DNA of 64,000 nucleotides, taken from Bacillota bacterium (lineage in GTDB: Bacteria > Bacillota > Dehalobacteriia > UBA4068). Numbering within the stretch: the first letter of the stretch is position 1; each line of letters starts with the position of its first letter. Positions 24,794 to 34,420 of this stretch are shown here, one piece after another. Position numbers and translations under genes: made by a program. The notes below the pieces were generated by a model that did no database searches, was not told the origin of the DNA, and saw nothing but the letters and a program-made list of their open reading frames with translations. The stretch covers positions 4,993 through 68,992 of the forward strand of contig JBMNOA010000002.1 in the NCBI GenBank assembly GCA_050942825.1, written 5' to 3'.

Positions 24794-24831
24794 TTTTTGC
24801 TGTTAATGCTCAAAAAAAGGAGGGCGATAAT

Positions 24832-25779
24832 GTGTTTGGAATAGAAAAGCCCAAAGTCCAATGTGTTGAAAAAACAGAGGATAATTCTTATGGCAAATTT
24901 GTCATCGAACCTTTGGAGAGGGGTTACGGTATTACCTTAGGTAATGCCTTACGTCGGGTACTTTTATCTGCTTTGCCCGGAGCTGCTGTGACGGCTGTAA
25001 AAATTGAAGGTGTGCTGCATGAATTTTCTACAGCCCCTGGTGTAGTGGAGGATATCACCGATATCATCCTCAATCTTAAAGGTCTCTCTGTAAAAATGCA
25101 TTGTGATGAGCCACAGGTAATCTATGTCGAGGCCAAAGGTCCGGGTGTTGTTACTGCCGCCGATATCCAATGTCCTGCTGGAGTAGATATATTGAATCAC
25201 GATCATTATATAGCTACTTTGGATGATGATGGTTATCTGATGATGGAGATTTCCGTTGATAAAGGCCGCGGTTATGTCAGTGCCGAGAAGAATAAAAAAG
25301 AGAATCAACCTATCGGTATTATTCCTATTGATTCATTATTTTCCCCGGTTGTAAAAGTGAATTTTTTGGTAGAAGATACTAGGGTAGGACAACAAACGGA
25401 CTATGATAAGCTAACTTTGGAAGTTTGGACGGACAAGACAATTGCCCCCGATGAAGCTATTAGTGCTTCTGCTCATATTTTAAGCGATTATCTCAATCTT
25501 TTTATCTTTCTTACTCAAAGTGCGCCTCCCGAGGTTGCTTTAGTGGAAAAAGAAGAAGACAAAAAGAATAAATTGCTGGAAATGACTATTGAGGAATTGG
25601 ATCTTTCTGTACGTTCTTATAACTGTTTAAAACGTGCCGGCATTCATACCACACAAGAATTAACGCAAAAAACCGAAGAGGAAATGATGAAAGTCCGCAA
25701 TTTAGGACGTAAATCATTGGAAGAAGTAATCAGCAAATTGCAAGAATTGGGATTGTCTTTAAGAAAAAGTGATGAATAA
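24832..25779 (+). CDS. rpoA: DNA-directed RNA polymerase subunit alpha
   Basis: GTG start after an AAAGGAGGG RBS; 315 aa; alpha-[19 protein letters not shown]. Confidence 0.96.
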   Translation: MFGIEKPKVQCVEKTEDNSYGKFVIEPLERGYGITLGNALRRVLLSALPGAAVTAVKIEGVLHEFSTAPGVVEDITDIILNLKGLSVKMHCDEPQVIYVEAKGPGVVTAADIQCPAGVDILNHDHYIATLDDDGYLMMEISVDKGRGYVSAEKNKKENQPIGIIPIDSLFSPVVKVNFLVEDTRVGQQTDYDKLTLEVWTDKTIAPDEAISASAHILSDYLNLFIFLTQSAPPEVALVEKEEDKKNKLLEMTIEELDLSVRSYNCLKRAGIHTTQELTQKTEEEMMKVRNLGRKSLEEVISKLQELGLSLRKSDE

Positions 25780-25809
25780 AGAAAGACCGAGAGCAAAGGA
25801 GGTTGTAAA

Positions 25810-26148
25810 ATGGCATACCGCAGATTAGGTGTGAAAAGCGCTCATCGTCGTTCTATGTTGCGTAATGCATCTACTTCCCTTTTGAAAAACGGTAAAATAG
25901 AAACTACCGAAGCTCGTGCCAAGGAATTGGCCAGTGTAGTGGATAAAATGATCACCTTGGGCAAACAAGGCGATTTGGCCGCTCGTCGCACTGCTTTGGC
26001 CTATCTTACCGAAGAAGATGTGGTGACTAAATTGTTTACTGAAATAGCTCCTAAATATGCCGACCGTCAAGGTGGTTATACCCGAATTATCCGTCTTGAT
26101 CTGAGACGCGGGGACGCAGCTCAGATGGCTCTGGTGGAATTGGTATAA
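25810..26148 (+). CDS. rplQ: 50S ribosomal protein L17
   Basis: 112 aa. Confidence 0.96.
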   Translation: MAYRRLGVKSAHRRSMLRNASTSLLKNGKIETTEARAKELASVVDKMITLGKQGDLAARRTALAYLTEEDVVTKLFTEIAPKYADRQGGYTRIIRLDLRRGDAAQMALVELV

Positions 26149-26176
26149 ACTATTTCTATTAATAACAAAAACGAGA

Positions 26177-26212
26177 GTCAGGGTAGATCGCCTATCCTGA
26201 CTGCTTTATTTT
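26177..26212 (+). terminator. Probable partial intrinsic terminator after rplQ (AGTCAGGGTAG..CTATCCTGACT followed by a T-rich tract)
   Basis: Hairpin with one G-U pair, followed by GCTTTATTTT. Confidence 0.5.
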
Positions 26213-26237
26213 GCAGCACATTTTTTTGGAGCTACCT

Positions 26238-27083
26238 ATGATAGAAATTAAAAACATTTCTTTTAGTTATGATAAATACCTTGATCAAGATAGAGATAAG
26301 CAAAAGCTGACGGTAAAAGCTGTCAGTGATTGCAGCTTGCATATCTATCCCGGTGAATGGCTGACTCTTATCGGGGCCAATGGCTCCGGTAAAAGCACCT
26401 TAGCCAAGCACCTCAATGGCCTTTTATTGCCTAGTAAAGGTCAGGTTTTGGTTGATGGTTGGGATACCAGGGACCAAGAGCATATTTATGACATCAGACA
26501 AAAGGTAGCTTTTGTTTTTCAAAACCCCGATAATCAGATAGTTGCCAACAGCGTAGAAGAAGATATTGCTTTTGGCCCGGAAAATCTGGGACTTGACTCT
26601 GATGAGATTAACAGACGCATAGAAAAGGCCTTGGATATTACAGGATTGCGCGAAGTAAGAAGCAAAGAACCATATCTTCTTTCCGGTGGCGAAAAGCAGC
26701 GACTGGCGATAGCTGGGGCCTTGGCTATGTCTTCTCGCTACCTGGTTCTGGATGAACCGACATCAATGCTCGATCCACAAATGCGCAGGCAAGTGATTTC
26801 TACTTTGCAATACCTCCATCGAGAGATAGGTATGGCGATCATTTATATTACTAATATTATGGAGGAAGCCCTATTAGCCGAGAGGGTAGTCATTATGCAG
26901 GATGGTATGATTGCAGCCCAAGGAAATGTCAAAGAGATTTTTTCTCAGGAGCGGAGCATGGCGGGCTGGGGGTTGGCTTTACCTCCTATTTGCCGTTTGT
27001 CGTCCATGCTGGCAGATGCCGGCTATGAACAGGTGAGGGGAGCTGCCACCATAGATGAAATTATGGAGGTTTTATGCACATAA
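26238..27083 (+). CDS. ecfA1: Energy-coupling-factor transporter ATPase EcfA1
   Basis: Walker A GANGSGKST; signature LSGGEKQRLAIAGALA. Confidence 0.9.
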   Translation: MIEIKNISFSYDKYLDQDRDKQKLTVKAVSDCSLHIYPGEWLTLIGANGSGKSTLAKHLNGLLLPSKGQVLVDGWDTRDQEHIYDIRQKVAFVFQNPDNQIVANSVEEDIAFGPENLGLDSDEINRRIEKALDITGLREVRSKEPYLLSGGEKQRLAIAGALAMSSRYLVLDEPTSMLDPQMRRQVISTLQYLHREIGMAIIYITNIMEEALLAERVVIMQDGMIAAQGNVKEIFSQERSMAGWGLALPPICRLSSMLADAGYEQVRGAATIDEIMEVLCT

Positions 27084-27931
27084 GACTTGATAATGTCAGT
27101 TATATGTATAAAGAACATACTCCTTTTGCCACGCCCGCTTTACAGGGTATAAACCTTTATATTCCTGAGGGAGAGTTTGTAGTGGTGGTAGGCCATAGTG
27201 GTTCGGGAAAAAGCACTTTGGCACAAGTGATCAGCGGTCTCTTGTCACCGCAAGAGGGTATAGTGACAGTTGATGGTAAAAAAGCCAATAAAGATGAGAT
27301 TTTTTATCAGGTGGGATTAGTGTTCCAATATCCTGAGCAACAGTTTTTTGCCGATACCGTGAAAGAAGAAGTTGGTTTTGCCGCCAAAAATAAAGGTCTG
27401 TCCCAGGAAAAGGTAGATAAAATCATTATTGATGTTTTGCAGAAAGTGGGTCTTGATCCGTCATCATTTTTAGAGCGTTCGCCTTTTGCTCTATCCGGCG
27501 GAGAAAAGCGAAAGGTGGCTTTGGCCAGTATTTTAGCTATGGAGCCGCAGATTTTTATTTTTGATGAGCCCACCGCCGGTTTGGATGAAAAGGGTAGAGC
27601 CTGGATCATGGATTTGATCCGCGCTGAGCATAGAGCAGGCAAGACTGTGATTTGGATTTCTCACAGTATGGAAGAGGCCGCTGCTTTAGCTCAAAGGGTA
27701 GTAGTGATGAATAAAGGTAGTATTGTGTTGGACGGTAAACCTCAGGAGGTCTTTGCCGATGAGGAAAAATTATTTGCTATAGGTTTAGAACTTACCCCCG
27801 CGGCCGATTTATTGAGAAGATTAAAAAAAAGGAATTTTCCTGTGCTAGCCCATGGACTAACCATAGAGGAGGCTTTTGCAGAAATAAGAGCTGTTTTATG
27901 GCCGGAGAGTGATGACGATGATAGTAAATAG
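27074..27931 (+). CDS. ecfA2: Energy-coupling-factor transporter ATPase EcfA2
   Basis: GHSGSGKST; LSGGEKRKVALASILA; overlaps ecfA1 by 10 nt. Confidence 0.9.
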   Translation: MHIRLDNVSYMYKEHTPFATPALQGINLYIPEGEFVVVVGHSGSGKSTLAQVISGLLSPQEGIVTVDGKKANKDEIFYQVGLVFQYPEQQFFADTVKEEVGFAAKNKGLSQEKVDKIIIDVLQKVGLDPSSFLERSPFALSGGEKRKVALASILAMEPQIFIFDEPTAGLDEKGRAWIMDLIRAEHRAGKTVIWISHSMEEAAALAQRVVVMNKGSIVLDGKPQEVFADEEKLFAIGLELTPAADLLRRLKKRNFPVLAHGLTIEEAFAEIRAVLWPESDDDDSK

Positions 27932-28724
27932 ATTACTAATAGGTCAATATTATGCTCTCGATTCCTTAGCCCATCGCTTAGATGCCAGGGCCAAACTATT
28001 AGCCGTGCTTATTTATATGATCGCCCTTTTTACAGCACAGCAATGGATATCTTATTTATTATTGGCAGCGATATTTTTTTTAGCTTTGATTATTAGCCGT
28101 ATACCTTTTCTATTTTTATGGCGAGGTATGTGGATGATTATATTATTTATTGTTATCAGTATGTTTTTTAATTTTTTCATGGTGCCCGGAGAAGTAATTG
28201 CCAGTTTTGGTATTTTTCAATTAACGGAAGAGGGCCTGACCAAAGGTCTTCTGATAGGTTCACGTTTACTGCTTTTGGTGCTTTTTGCTTCTTTATTGAC
28301 TCTTTGCACCACACCCCTGGATCTGACAGATGGCATGGAAAGGCTATTGTCCCCGCTGATTAGATTAGGAGCCCCAATTCATGAATTGGCTATGATCATA
28401 TCAATCGCTTTACGCTTTATACCCACTATTTTGCAAGAATTTGACCGTATCATACTGGCGCAAAGGGCCAGAGGTGCCAGATTTTCCGGTTTAGGCCTCA
28501 TAAAAAAGGCCCAGCAAATGATGCCTCTATTGATACCTCTTTTTATCAGCTCTTTTCGGCGTGCTGAGGACTTGGCTTGGGCCATGGAGGCCCGTTGTTA
28601 TCGAGGAGGCAGGGGCCGCAGCCGCTGGCGCCAAAGCCAATGGAAGCCTCGTGATACTGTTACTTTGCTGATTTTTGTCTTTATACTTTTATTAGTAATA
28701 TATCTTCGTGTAAAAGGGTTATGA
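27918..28724 (+). CDS. ecfT: ECF transporter transmembrane subunit EcfT
   Basis: Polytopic membrane protein; the start is ambiguous among 27909 (GTG), 27912 and 27918 (ATG). Confidence 0.85.
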   Translation: MIVNRLLIGQYYALDSLAHRLDARAKLLAVLIYMIALFTAQQWISYLLLAAIFFLALIISRIPFLFLWRGMWMIILFIVISMFFNFFMVPGEVIASFGIFQLTEEGLTKGLLIGSRLLLLVLFASLLTLCTTPLDLTDGMERLLSPLIRLGAPIHELAMIISIALRFIPTILQEFDRIILAQRARGARFSGLGLIKKAQQMMPLLIPLFISSFRRAEDLAWAMEARCYRGGRGRSRWRQSQWKPRDTVTLLIFVFILLLVIYLRVKGL

Positions 28725-28725
28725 T

Positions 28726-29496
28726 ATGCGCAATATAAAACTTACAATCCAATATGATGGAGCAGCTTATATCGGTTGGCAAGCCCAGCCGCAATTTCAT
28801 GGTAAAAGTATTCAGCAAACAGTGGAATCCGCGCTAAAAAAGGTGCTTTTGCAGCCTGTGACTATTTACGGAGCGAGCAGAACTGATGCAGGTGTAAGTT
28901 CTTTGGGACAGGTTGCTAATTTTCATACTGATAATATCATTCCTCTGACAGGTCTTTTGAAGGCATTGAATCATGCTTTGCCCAATGATATCAGAATTTC
29001 TGAGGCAAAAGAAGTATCTGAGGATTTTCATGCCCGTTATAGCGCTTGCGGTAAAACTTATTGTTATACAATAGACCGCTGCAAGGACATCAATGTTTTT
29101 CGTGGGCATTGGGCTTGGCAGATCGCACAAGAGTTGGATATAGAGGCTATGCAAGAGGCAGCGCGTTATTTTATCGGAGAACATGATTTCAGCCAATTTT
29201 GCGCCGCGGGCGGCTCCGCCAAAAGCCATATCAGGCGTATTGACAACATTGTGGTGGACCACAGCAGTTATTTTACTGAGCTGCCTTGGAAGGGTATGCA
29301 CGACCCTTTGGTGATAGAGATTTCCGGCAATGGCTTTTTATACAAAATGGTTCGTTTTATTACTGCTCGTTTAGTGGCTGTGGGTCTGGGCAGATACCAG
29401 GCTGAGGATATGAGGCAATTCATCGAAAACAACCTAACCGAGCCCATAAAACCAGCACCTGCTCATGGTCTGATTTTATGGCAAGTAAAATATTAA
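28726..29496 (+). CDS. truA: tRNA pseudouridine(38-40) synthase
   Basis: GASRTDAGVS catalytic motif; conserved ecf-truA-rplM order. Confidence 0.92.
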   Translation: MRNIKLTIQYDGAAYIGWQAQPQFHGKSIQQTVESALKKVLLQPVTIYGASRTDAGVSSLGQVANFHTDNIIPLTGLLKALNHALPNDIRISEAKEVSEDFHARYSACGKTYCYTIDRCKDINVFRGHWAWQIAQELDIEAMQEAARYFIGEHDFSQFCAAGGSAKSHIRRIDNIVVDHSSYFTELPWKGMHDPLVIEISGNGFLYKMVRFITARLVAVGLGRYQAEDMRQFIENNLTEPIKPAPAHGLILWQVKY

Positions 29497-29538
29497 CTGC
29501 ATTTGTTTAAAAATTAATGATTTATAAGCTATACTGCC

Positions 29539-29567
29539 TTGACATACAAGCTTGACCTGTATATAAT
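29539..29567 (+). promoter_or_regulatory. Consensus sigma-A promoter (TTGACA-17nt-TATAAT) for rplM-rpsI
   Basis: Exact hexamers and a 17-nt spacer read from the sequence. Confidence 0.7.
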
Positions 29568-29661
29568 ATTTAGGTAATGCCTTTCGACTTCTGCCCCGTT
29601 GGCGAAAGGCTTGGCATGATTTTAAAAATGGTTTTCTTATGATTTTAAGGAGGGAAATAAT
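29568..29661 (+). promoter_or_regulatory. Probable ribosomal-protein L13 leader (autoregulatory 5'UTR) containing the GCCTTTCG...CGAAAGGC stem
   Basis: ~95-nt leader between the promoter and the rplM RBS with an 8-bp stem; position matches the known Firmicutes L13 leader. Confidence 0.45.
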
Positions 29662-30090
29662 TTGGGTACTTATATGGCAAAGCCTGCTGATATCCAAAGA
29701 GCTTGGTATATACTTGATGCTGCCGGCAGACCATTGGGCCGTTTGGCAACTGAAGCAGCTCGTTTGTTGCGCGGTAAGCATAAACCGATTTTTACACCGC
29801 ATATTGATACCGGTGATTTTGTTATTATCATTAATGCCGATAAAGCTGTTCTTACCGGCAATAAACTCGTGCAAAAGAAATTATACCGCCATTCCGGTTA
29901 TCCGGGCGGATTAAAAGAAACTTCTTATAAAGATTTAATGGCACAAAGACCTATCTTGGCCGTGGAAAAAGCTGTCAAAGGTATGCTTCCTCATAATCGT
30001 TTGGGCAGAGCATCCGCTAAAAAGCTCAAAGTCTATGCAGGTGATATGCATCCGCATGAAGCACAAAAGCCGCAACTATGGCAGTTTTAG
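29662..30090 (+). CDS. rplM: 50S ribosomal protein L13
   Basis: TTG start; [20 protein letters not shown]. Confidence 0.95.
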   Translation: MGTYMAKPADIQRAWYILDAAGRPLGRLATEAARLLRGKHKPIFTPHIDTGDFVIIINADKAVLTGNKLVQKKLYRHSGYPGGLKETSYKDLMAQRPILAVEKAVKGMLPHNRLGRASAKKLKVYAGDMHPHEAQKPQLWQF

Positions 30091-30111
30091 TTGAAGGGAG
30101 GATTATCTAAA

Positions 30112-30507
30112 GTGGCTGATCAATTAAAATATTATGGTACCGGTCGCCGTAAAAATGCTATCGCTAAAGTTTGGCTGGTAGCCGGCAACGGTAATATAAC
30201 AATCAATAAAAGAGAACTTGGTGAATATTTCGGTAAAAAAACTTTGGAAATGATCGTAAAACAACCTTTGGAACTGACTTCTGCTTTAAGCAAATATGAT
30301 GTTATCGCTTCCGTCAAAGGTGGTGGCACTACTGGTCAAGCCGGTGCAGTACGTCACGGTATTGCCAGAGCTCTTTGTTTAGTAGATGAAGGGTTGCGTC
30401 CGGCGCTCAAATCTGCCGGGTTTATCACTCGTGACCCGAGAATGAAAGAAAGACGCAAATACGGTTTGAAAAAAGCCCGCAAAGCCAGCCAATTCTCCAA
30501 ACGTTAA
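30112..30507 (+). CDS. rpsI: 30S ribosomal protein S9
   Basis: GTG at 30112 after an AAGGGAGG RBS; ...[12 protein letters not shown]...KFSKR. Confidence 0.93.
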   Translation: MADQLKYYGTGRRKNAIAKVWLVAGNGNITINKRELGEYFGKKTLEMIVKQPLELTSALSKYDVIASVKGGGTTGQAGAVRHGIARALCLVDEGLRPALKSAGFITRDPRMKERRKYGLKKARKASQFSKR

Positions 30508-30534
30508 TATGTTACTTGCTTTTCCGTATTATAT

Positions 30535-30570
30535 AAGGCTGTTATGGATTTTGCCATAACAGCCTTTTTT
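30535..30570 (+). terminator. Intrinsic terminator after rpsI (13-bp stem AAGGCTGTTATGG/CCATAACAGCCTT followed by TTTT)
   Basis: Read from the sequence. Confidence 0.85.
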
Positions 30571-30816
30571 AGCTTATTGTCTATCCTAGAAATTTCCTCG
30601 CATATGATAGTAAAAATGGCCCAATATTATTGGGTGAGCCATAATTATCAGTTGGTTTATCAATGCTAAAAAATAATAACGAAAAGTAGAATATTGCCAA
30701 AAGAGAGTACTTTTGTTTTGTTTGAGGGCAGGATTAATATTATTTAAGTAGAAACTATCTTATAAGTTGTATTTTGTTAAAATGCAGGGCTTATAACCTT
30801 TAGTTAAGGAGAAATT

Positions 30817-31332
30817 ATGTCTGTTCCTATGATCAGTATTATAGCCGGTCATGCCGATTGCGGCAAGACGACTATTATCGAAGGTATCTTATCCGTTCTT
30901 GACAGACGGGGATTTAAGGTAGCGGTAATCAAGCATGGTCGCCATTTATCTCTGCCGACAGGCAATAAGGATACTAATCGGCATAATCGGGCCGGTGCCC
31001 AGGTTTCTTTGCTCATTACTCCTGAAGGTTGGTTGGCGCAGGGATTTCCCGAGCAGGAGCCATCTTTAGAACAAATGTCTGCTTTTTTAGAGGCTTATGA
31101 TAAGTGGGATATAATTTTAGTCGAGGGATATAAAAGAGGTTATCAGGACAAAATAGAGATTTCCATAGATCCTCAGGCAGAATTGTTTTTGCCTCCTAAG
31201 GAAGCAGTCGCTTATATAATTAAAGATTTTGATGAGAAAAAAAGACAACTTATCGGAAATAAGCCTGTTTTTAGTCCTGATGATGTTGAGAGCATCGCAG
31301 ATTTTATCTGCAGCTACTATCATTTGACATGA
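30817..31332 (+). CDS. mobB: Molybdopterin-guanine dinucleotide biosynthesis adapter protein MobB
   Basis: P-loop IAGHADCGKTT; ...VIKHGRH... Confidence 0.8.
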   Translation: MSVPMISIIAGHADCGKTTIIEGILSVLDRRGFKVAVIKHGRHLSLPTGNKDTNRHNRAGAQVSLLITPEGWLAQGFPEQEPSLEQMSAFLEAYDKWDIILVEGYKRGYQDKIEISIDPQAELFLPPKEAVAYIIKDFDEKKRQLIGNKPVFSPDDVESIADFICSYYHLT

Positions 31333-31356
31333 TAATAATTATTCGGAGGTTGATTT

Positions 31357-31869
31357 ATGAGCATGAGCAAGGAACAAGAGCTGACTCATATTGATGAGAA
31401 TGGCCGAGCCAGAATGGTTGATGTATCAGCTAAGGCGGATACGGAGCGTTTGGCTATTGCACGCGGTTGGGTGAAAATGGCTCCCGAAACATTAGCTTTG
31501 ATTAAGCAAAAGGGTTTTAAAAAAGGTGATGTTTTAGCTGTGGCCCAGGTAGCCGGCATTATGGCTGCTAAAAAAACTTCTGATATAATACCGATGTGTC
31601 ATCCTTTGATGCTCACAGGAATAGAAATGAATTTTTTAATAAATGAAGAGGACCACTCGGTAGAGATAGAGGCCGCTGTAAAAAACAACGGTAAAACAGG
31701 TGTTGAAATAGAGGCCCTGACTGCTGTCTCTGTAGCAGGGCTAACTATATATGATATGTGTAAAGCTGTGGACAGAGGTATGGTGATAGGTGATATTCGC
31801 CTAATCAGTAAAAGCGGCGGCAAAAGCGGTACTTTTACCAGACAAGGAGAAAAGCAATGGAAAAAATAA
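31357..31869 (+). CDS. moaC: Cyclic pyranopterin monophosphate synthase MoaC
   Basis: [16 protein letters not shown]...IIPMCHPL conserved MoaC motifs. Confidence 0.9.
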   Translation: MSMSKEQELTHIDENGRARMVDVSAKADTERLAIARGWVKMAPETLALIKQKGFKKGDVLAVAQVAGIMAAKKTSDIIPMCHPLMLTGIEMNFLINEEDHSVEIEAAVKNNGKTGVEIEALTAVSVAGLTIYDMCKAVDRGMVIGDIRLISKSGGKSGTFTRQGEKQWKK

Positions 31870-32831
31870 GTACTAAAGAGATAAAAAAAGGCTCTGTGAT
31901 AGGGCAAATTGCTGCCGTATGTATCAGCGAAAATAAAGGTATGCGTAAGAAAGATGTTGGCTCCGGTGTATTAATACAGGAGTGGGGTATTCAGGGTGAT
32001 GCACATGGTGGAAAATGGCACCGTCAGGTCAGTCTTTTGGCTCAGGAAAGTATCGATAAAATGATTGCCAAAGGTCTGGATGTCGGTACCGGAGATTTTG
32101 CCGAAAATATTACTACCAAAGGAATAGAATTATATACCCTTCCCATCGGTACGCGCTTATGGCTAGGTGATGAATGTTTGACGCAAGTAACACAGATAGG
32201 TAAAGAATGCCATAATCGCTGTGCCATTTATGAACAGGCCGGTGATTGCGTGATGCCCAGAGAAGGTATTTTCGTGCGGGTTATTACAGGTGGCGAGATC
32301 CAAAATGGCCAGCCTATCAGGGACGCTAATGATATTATTACTTTTGCCATAATTATCGCCAGCGATAAAGGCTCTCTGGGACTAAGAGAAGATAAAAGCG
32401 GTCCTGCCATAAGAGAAATGATGGTTGATAAAAGAGCAGTAGAGATAGATTGTAGAATAATCAGCGATGACCGGAAAAAATTGGCCGCTGCCATGCGTGA
32501 TTTAGCCGATAATTATACCGTCGATGTGATTTTTGTCAGTGGCGGTACCGGTTTTTCGCCCAGAGATAATACACCTGAGGCTACACTTGATATTATTGAT
32601 AAGCAAGTGCCTGGTATACCGGAAGTCATGCGTGCCATAAGTATGGAAATTACTCCTAAAGCTATGCTTTCCAGAGCGGTGGCGGGCATTCGGGGCCAAA
32701 CTCTGATTATAAATCTGCCTGGCAGTCCTAAAGCTGTTAAAGAATGTTTACAAGCAATTTGGCCTGCCTTACCGCATGGTGTAGCTATTTTGAGAGGTAT
32801 CAGCGGTGAATGTGCTTCAGTATCTAAATAA
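31857..32831 (+). CDS. Fusion protein: N-terminal MOSC domain plus C-terminal MogA/MoaB molybdopterin adenylyltransferase-like domain
   Basis: N-terminal half has the MOSC conserved Cys ([11 protein letters not shown]); C-terminal half has the MogA signature [15 protein letters not shown]; overlaps moaC by 13 nt. Confidence 0.8.
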   Translation: MEKISTKEIKKGSVIGQIAAVCISENKGMRKKDVGSGVLIQEWGIQGDAHGGKWHRQVSLLAQESIDKMIAKGLDVGTGDFAENITTKGIELYTLPIGTRLWLGDECLTQVTQIGKECHNRCAIYEQAGDCVMPREGIFVRVITGGEIQNGQPIRDANDIITFAIIIASDKGSLGLREDKSGPAIREMMVDKRAVEIDCRIISDDRKKLAAAMRDLADNYTVDVIFVSGGTGFSPRDNTPEATLDIIDKQVPGIPEVMRAISMEITPKAMLSRAVAGIRGQTLIINLPGSPKAVKECLQAIWPALPHGVAILRGISGECASVSK

Positions 32832-32876
32832 AATTTAGATGCTCCTATTCTAAACACCTCATCTACAGCATAATTT

Positions 32877-33614
32877 ATGGCGGGGGTGAGGCCTTTGCGC
32901 ATAAATTATTGGGGTGTTTTCCAACTAAAATGGTTACCTATTATAATCATAACCGCGCTGGCAGTATGTGCATTGTTGTGGTGGCGTTTTCCCGGAGCGG
33001 AAGTTTATTCCTCCAAGCCTGTGATCTCTTGGGCTTTAGCGGGTAAGACTATCTTTATCGATCCCGGCCATGGAGGTAAAGATCCCGGTGTAATCAGCAA
33101 AAATGGATTATTAGAAAAGGATATCAACCTAGCTATTTCACGCTCTTTAGCTGAAATATTACGTCAGTCCGGAGCAACAGTGGTATTAAGCAGGGAAAAC
33201 GATGTTATAGTAGATGAAACTAAAAGAGCCGACCTAGACAGGCGGCTGCAATTAATGACGGATACTAATTCAGCTGTATGCATAAGTATACATGGAAATT
33301 CTTTCCCAAAAAAAACACATGTTTATGGAGCTCAAGTTTTTTATAACAAAAGTGATGAAAAAGGTAGGCAATTGGCAGAAAGTATCCAATCCGAAGTTTC
33401 TATTATCAGCCAAAGCAATAGGAAGGCTTTGGCACATCCGGATGCCTATATTTTACAACACAATTCTATACCTATTGCCTTAGTAGAGGTAGGCTTTTTT
33501 TCCAATGATCGAGAGGAGGCTCTGTTGCAGGACAAAGATTATCAATGGCAATTAGCCTGGGGGATTTATAGTGGTATTGTTAAATATTTTATCACCGTAG
33601 ATTGCGAGAATTAA
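32877..33614 (+). CDS. cwlD: N-acetylmuramoyl-L-alanine amidase, CwlD-like (spore cortex)
   Basis: N-terminal TM segment; Amidase_3 motifs IDPGHGGKDPG and SIHGN. Confidence 0.85.
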   Translation: MAGVRPLRINYWGVFQLKWLPIIIITALAVCALLWWRFPGAEVYSSKPVISWALAGKTIFIDPGHGGKDPGVISKNGLLEKDINLAISRSLAEILRQSGATVVLSRENDVIVDETKRADLDRRLQLMTDTNSAVCISIHGNSFPKKTHVYGAQVFYNKSDEKGRQLAESIQSEVSIISQSNRKALAHPDAYILQHNSIPIALVEVGFFSNDREEALLQDKDYQWQLAWGIYSGIVKYFITVDCEN

Positions 33615-33638
33615 ATATTTATTGAAGGAGATAGTTTT

Positions 33639-34133
33639 ATGACTAGAGAGAGAATACAGACCTATTGGGGACCAGTAGACTGTGTTTGGGATAAAAGAGG
33701 TATACTTGCTTTGGGTACTCCCGATCATAGTTTGCCTGCTCCCAGAAGTGAGATCTCTGAATTTGGATATTTATTGGAAAAAGAATTGGCCGCCTATCTT
33801 TCAGGCGCTTTGACCCACCTAACATTGCCTTTTGTTATACCTGATCATCCGCAATTTTTTAGCAAAGTATGGCATGCCGTAACTACCATTCCTTATGGAG
33901 AGCTTAGATCTTATAGCCAGATCGCAGAGATGATCGGCAAACCGCGTGCCCAAAGAGCAGTTGGCCTTGCTTTGGCTCATAATCCCATTGCAATTTATAT
34001 TCCCTGCCATCGAGTAATCGGTAAGGATGGTGATTTAGGACATCACCGTGACAAAATCAGCCAGGAGATGCTGGAGCTGAAACGGAGGCTTTTGATTTTA
34101 GAGGGCAGCATTATAAGTCCTATCAAGGACTAA
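33639..34133 (+). CDS. ogt: Methylated-DNA--protein-cysteine methyltransferase
   Basis: Active-site IPCHRVI; 164 aa. Confidence 0.9.
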   Translation: MTRERIQTYWGPVDCVWDKRGILALGTPDHSLPAPRSEISEFGYLLEKELAAYLSGALTHLTLPFVIPDHPQFFSKVWHAVTTIPYGELRSYSQIAEMIGKPRAQRAVGLALAHNPIAIYIPCHRVIGKDGDLGHHRDKISQEMLELKRRLLILEGSIISPIKD

Positions 34134-34264
34134 AGCTGATTGTACCAATTTTGATAACAGGGACAATCTTTGCAAGCTTGTGGCCCTTCAATGAGGCCCT
34201 TTTCATTAATACACTCGCCATTTCCAAAAGTATATGGGCAATCGCAAACCATTTGATAATTCAT
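34130..34264 (-). CDS. Predicted small Cys-rich protein (44 aa, MNYQMVCDCPYTFGNGECINEKGLIEGPQACKDCPCYQNWYNQL), unannotated
   Basis: Hand-translated minus-strand ORF with an AAGGAGA RBS 5 nt upstream of the ATG; six Cys residues; overlaps the ogt stop by 4 nt in convergent orientation. Confidence 0.3.
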   Translation of the reverse strand: MNYQMVCDCPYTFGNGECINEKGLIEGPQACKDCPCYQNWYNQL

Positions 34265-34319
34265 GATGATCTCCTTTTTATTGAATCAAATATATAAAAT
34301 ATTGTGCCTGAAAAATATT

Positions 34320-34373
34320 TATGTATACATAAAATAATATTTATTACAAAGAAAATGTTGCATTATTATTCAT
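34320..34373 (+). promoter_or_regulatory. Candidate ArgR/AhrC operator region: perfect 12-nt palindrome TATGTATACATA plus an ARG-box-like TTGCATTATTATTCAT overlapping the argC -35
   Basis: Compared by eye with the ARG-box consensus TNTGAATWWWWATTCANW. Confidence 0.45.
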
Positions 34374-34386
34374 TATGTTGTATAAT
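34358..34386 (+). promoter_or_regulatory. Consensus sigma-A promoter (TTGCAT-17nt-TATAAT) of the arg operon
   Basis: Read from the sequence, 35 nt upstream of the argC ATG. Confidence 0.7.
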
Positions 34387-34420
34387 AGTTTTTATTCTTA
34401 GTAAAATGAGGTGCAAATTA

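Noticed and set aside
30571-30816. Moco riboswitch upstream of mobB
   Set aside because: A long structured leader is present, but I cannot match the conserved Moco-motif nucleotides by eye. It is left as a hypothesis to test with a covariance model.
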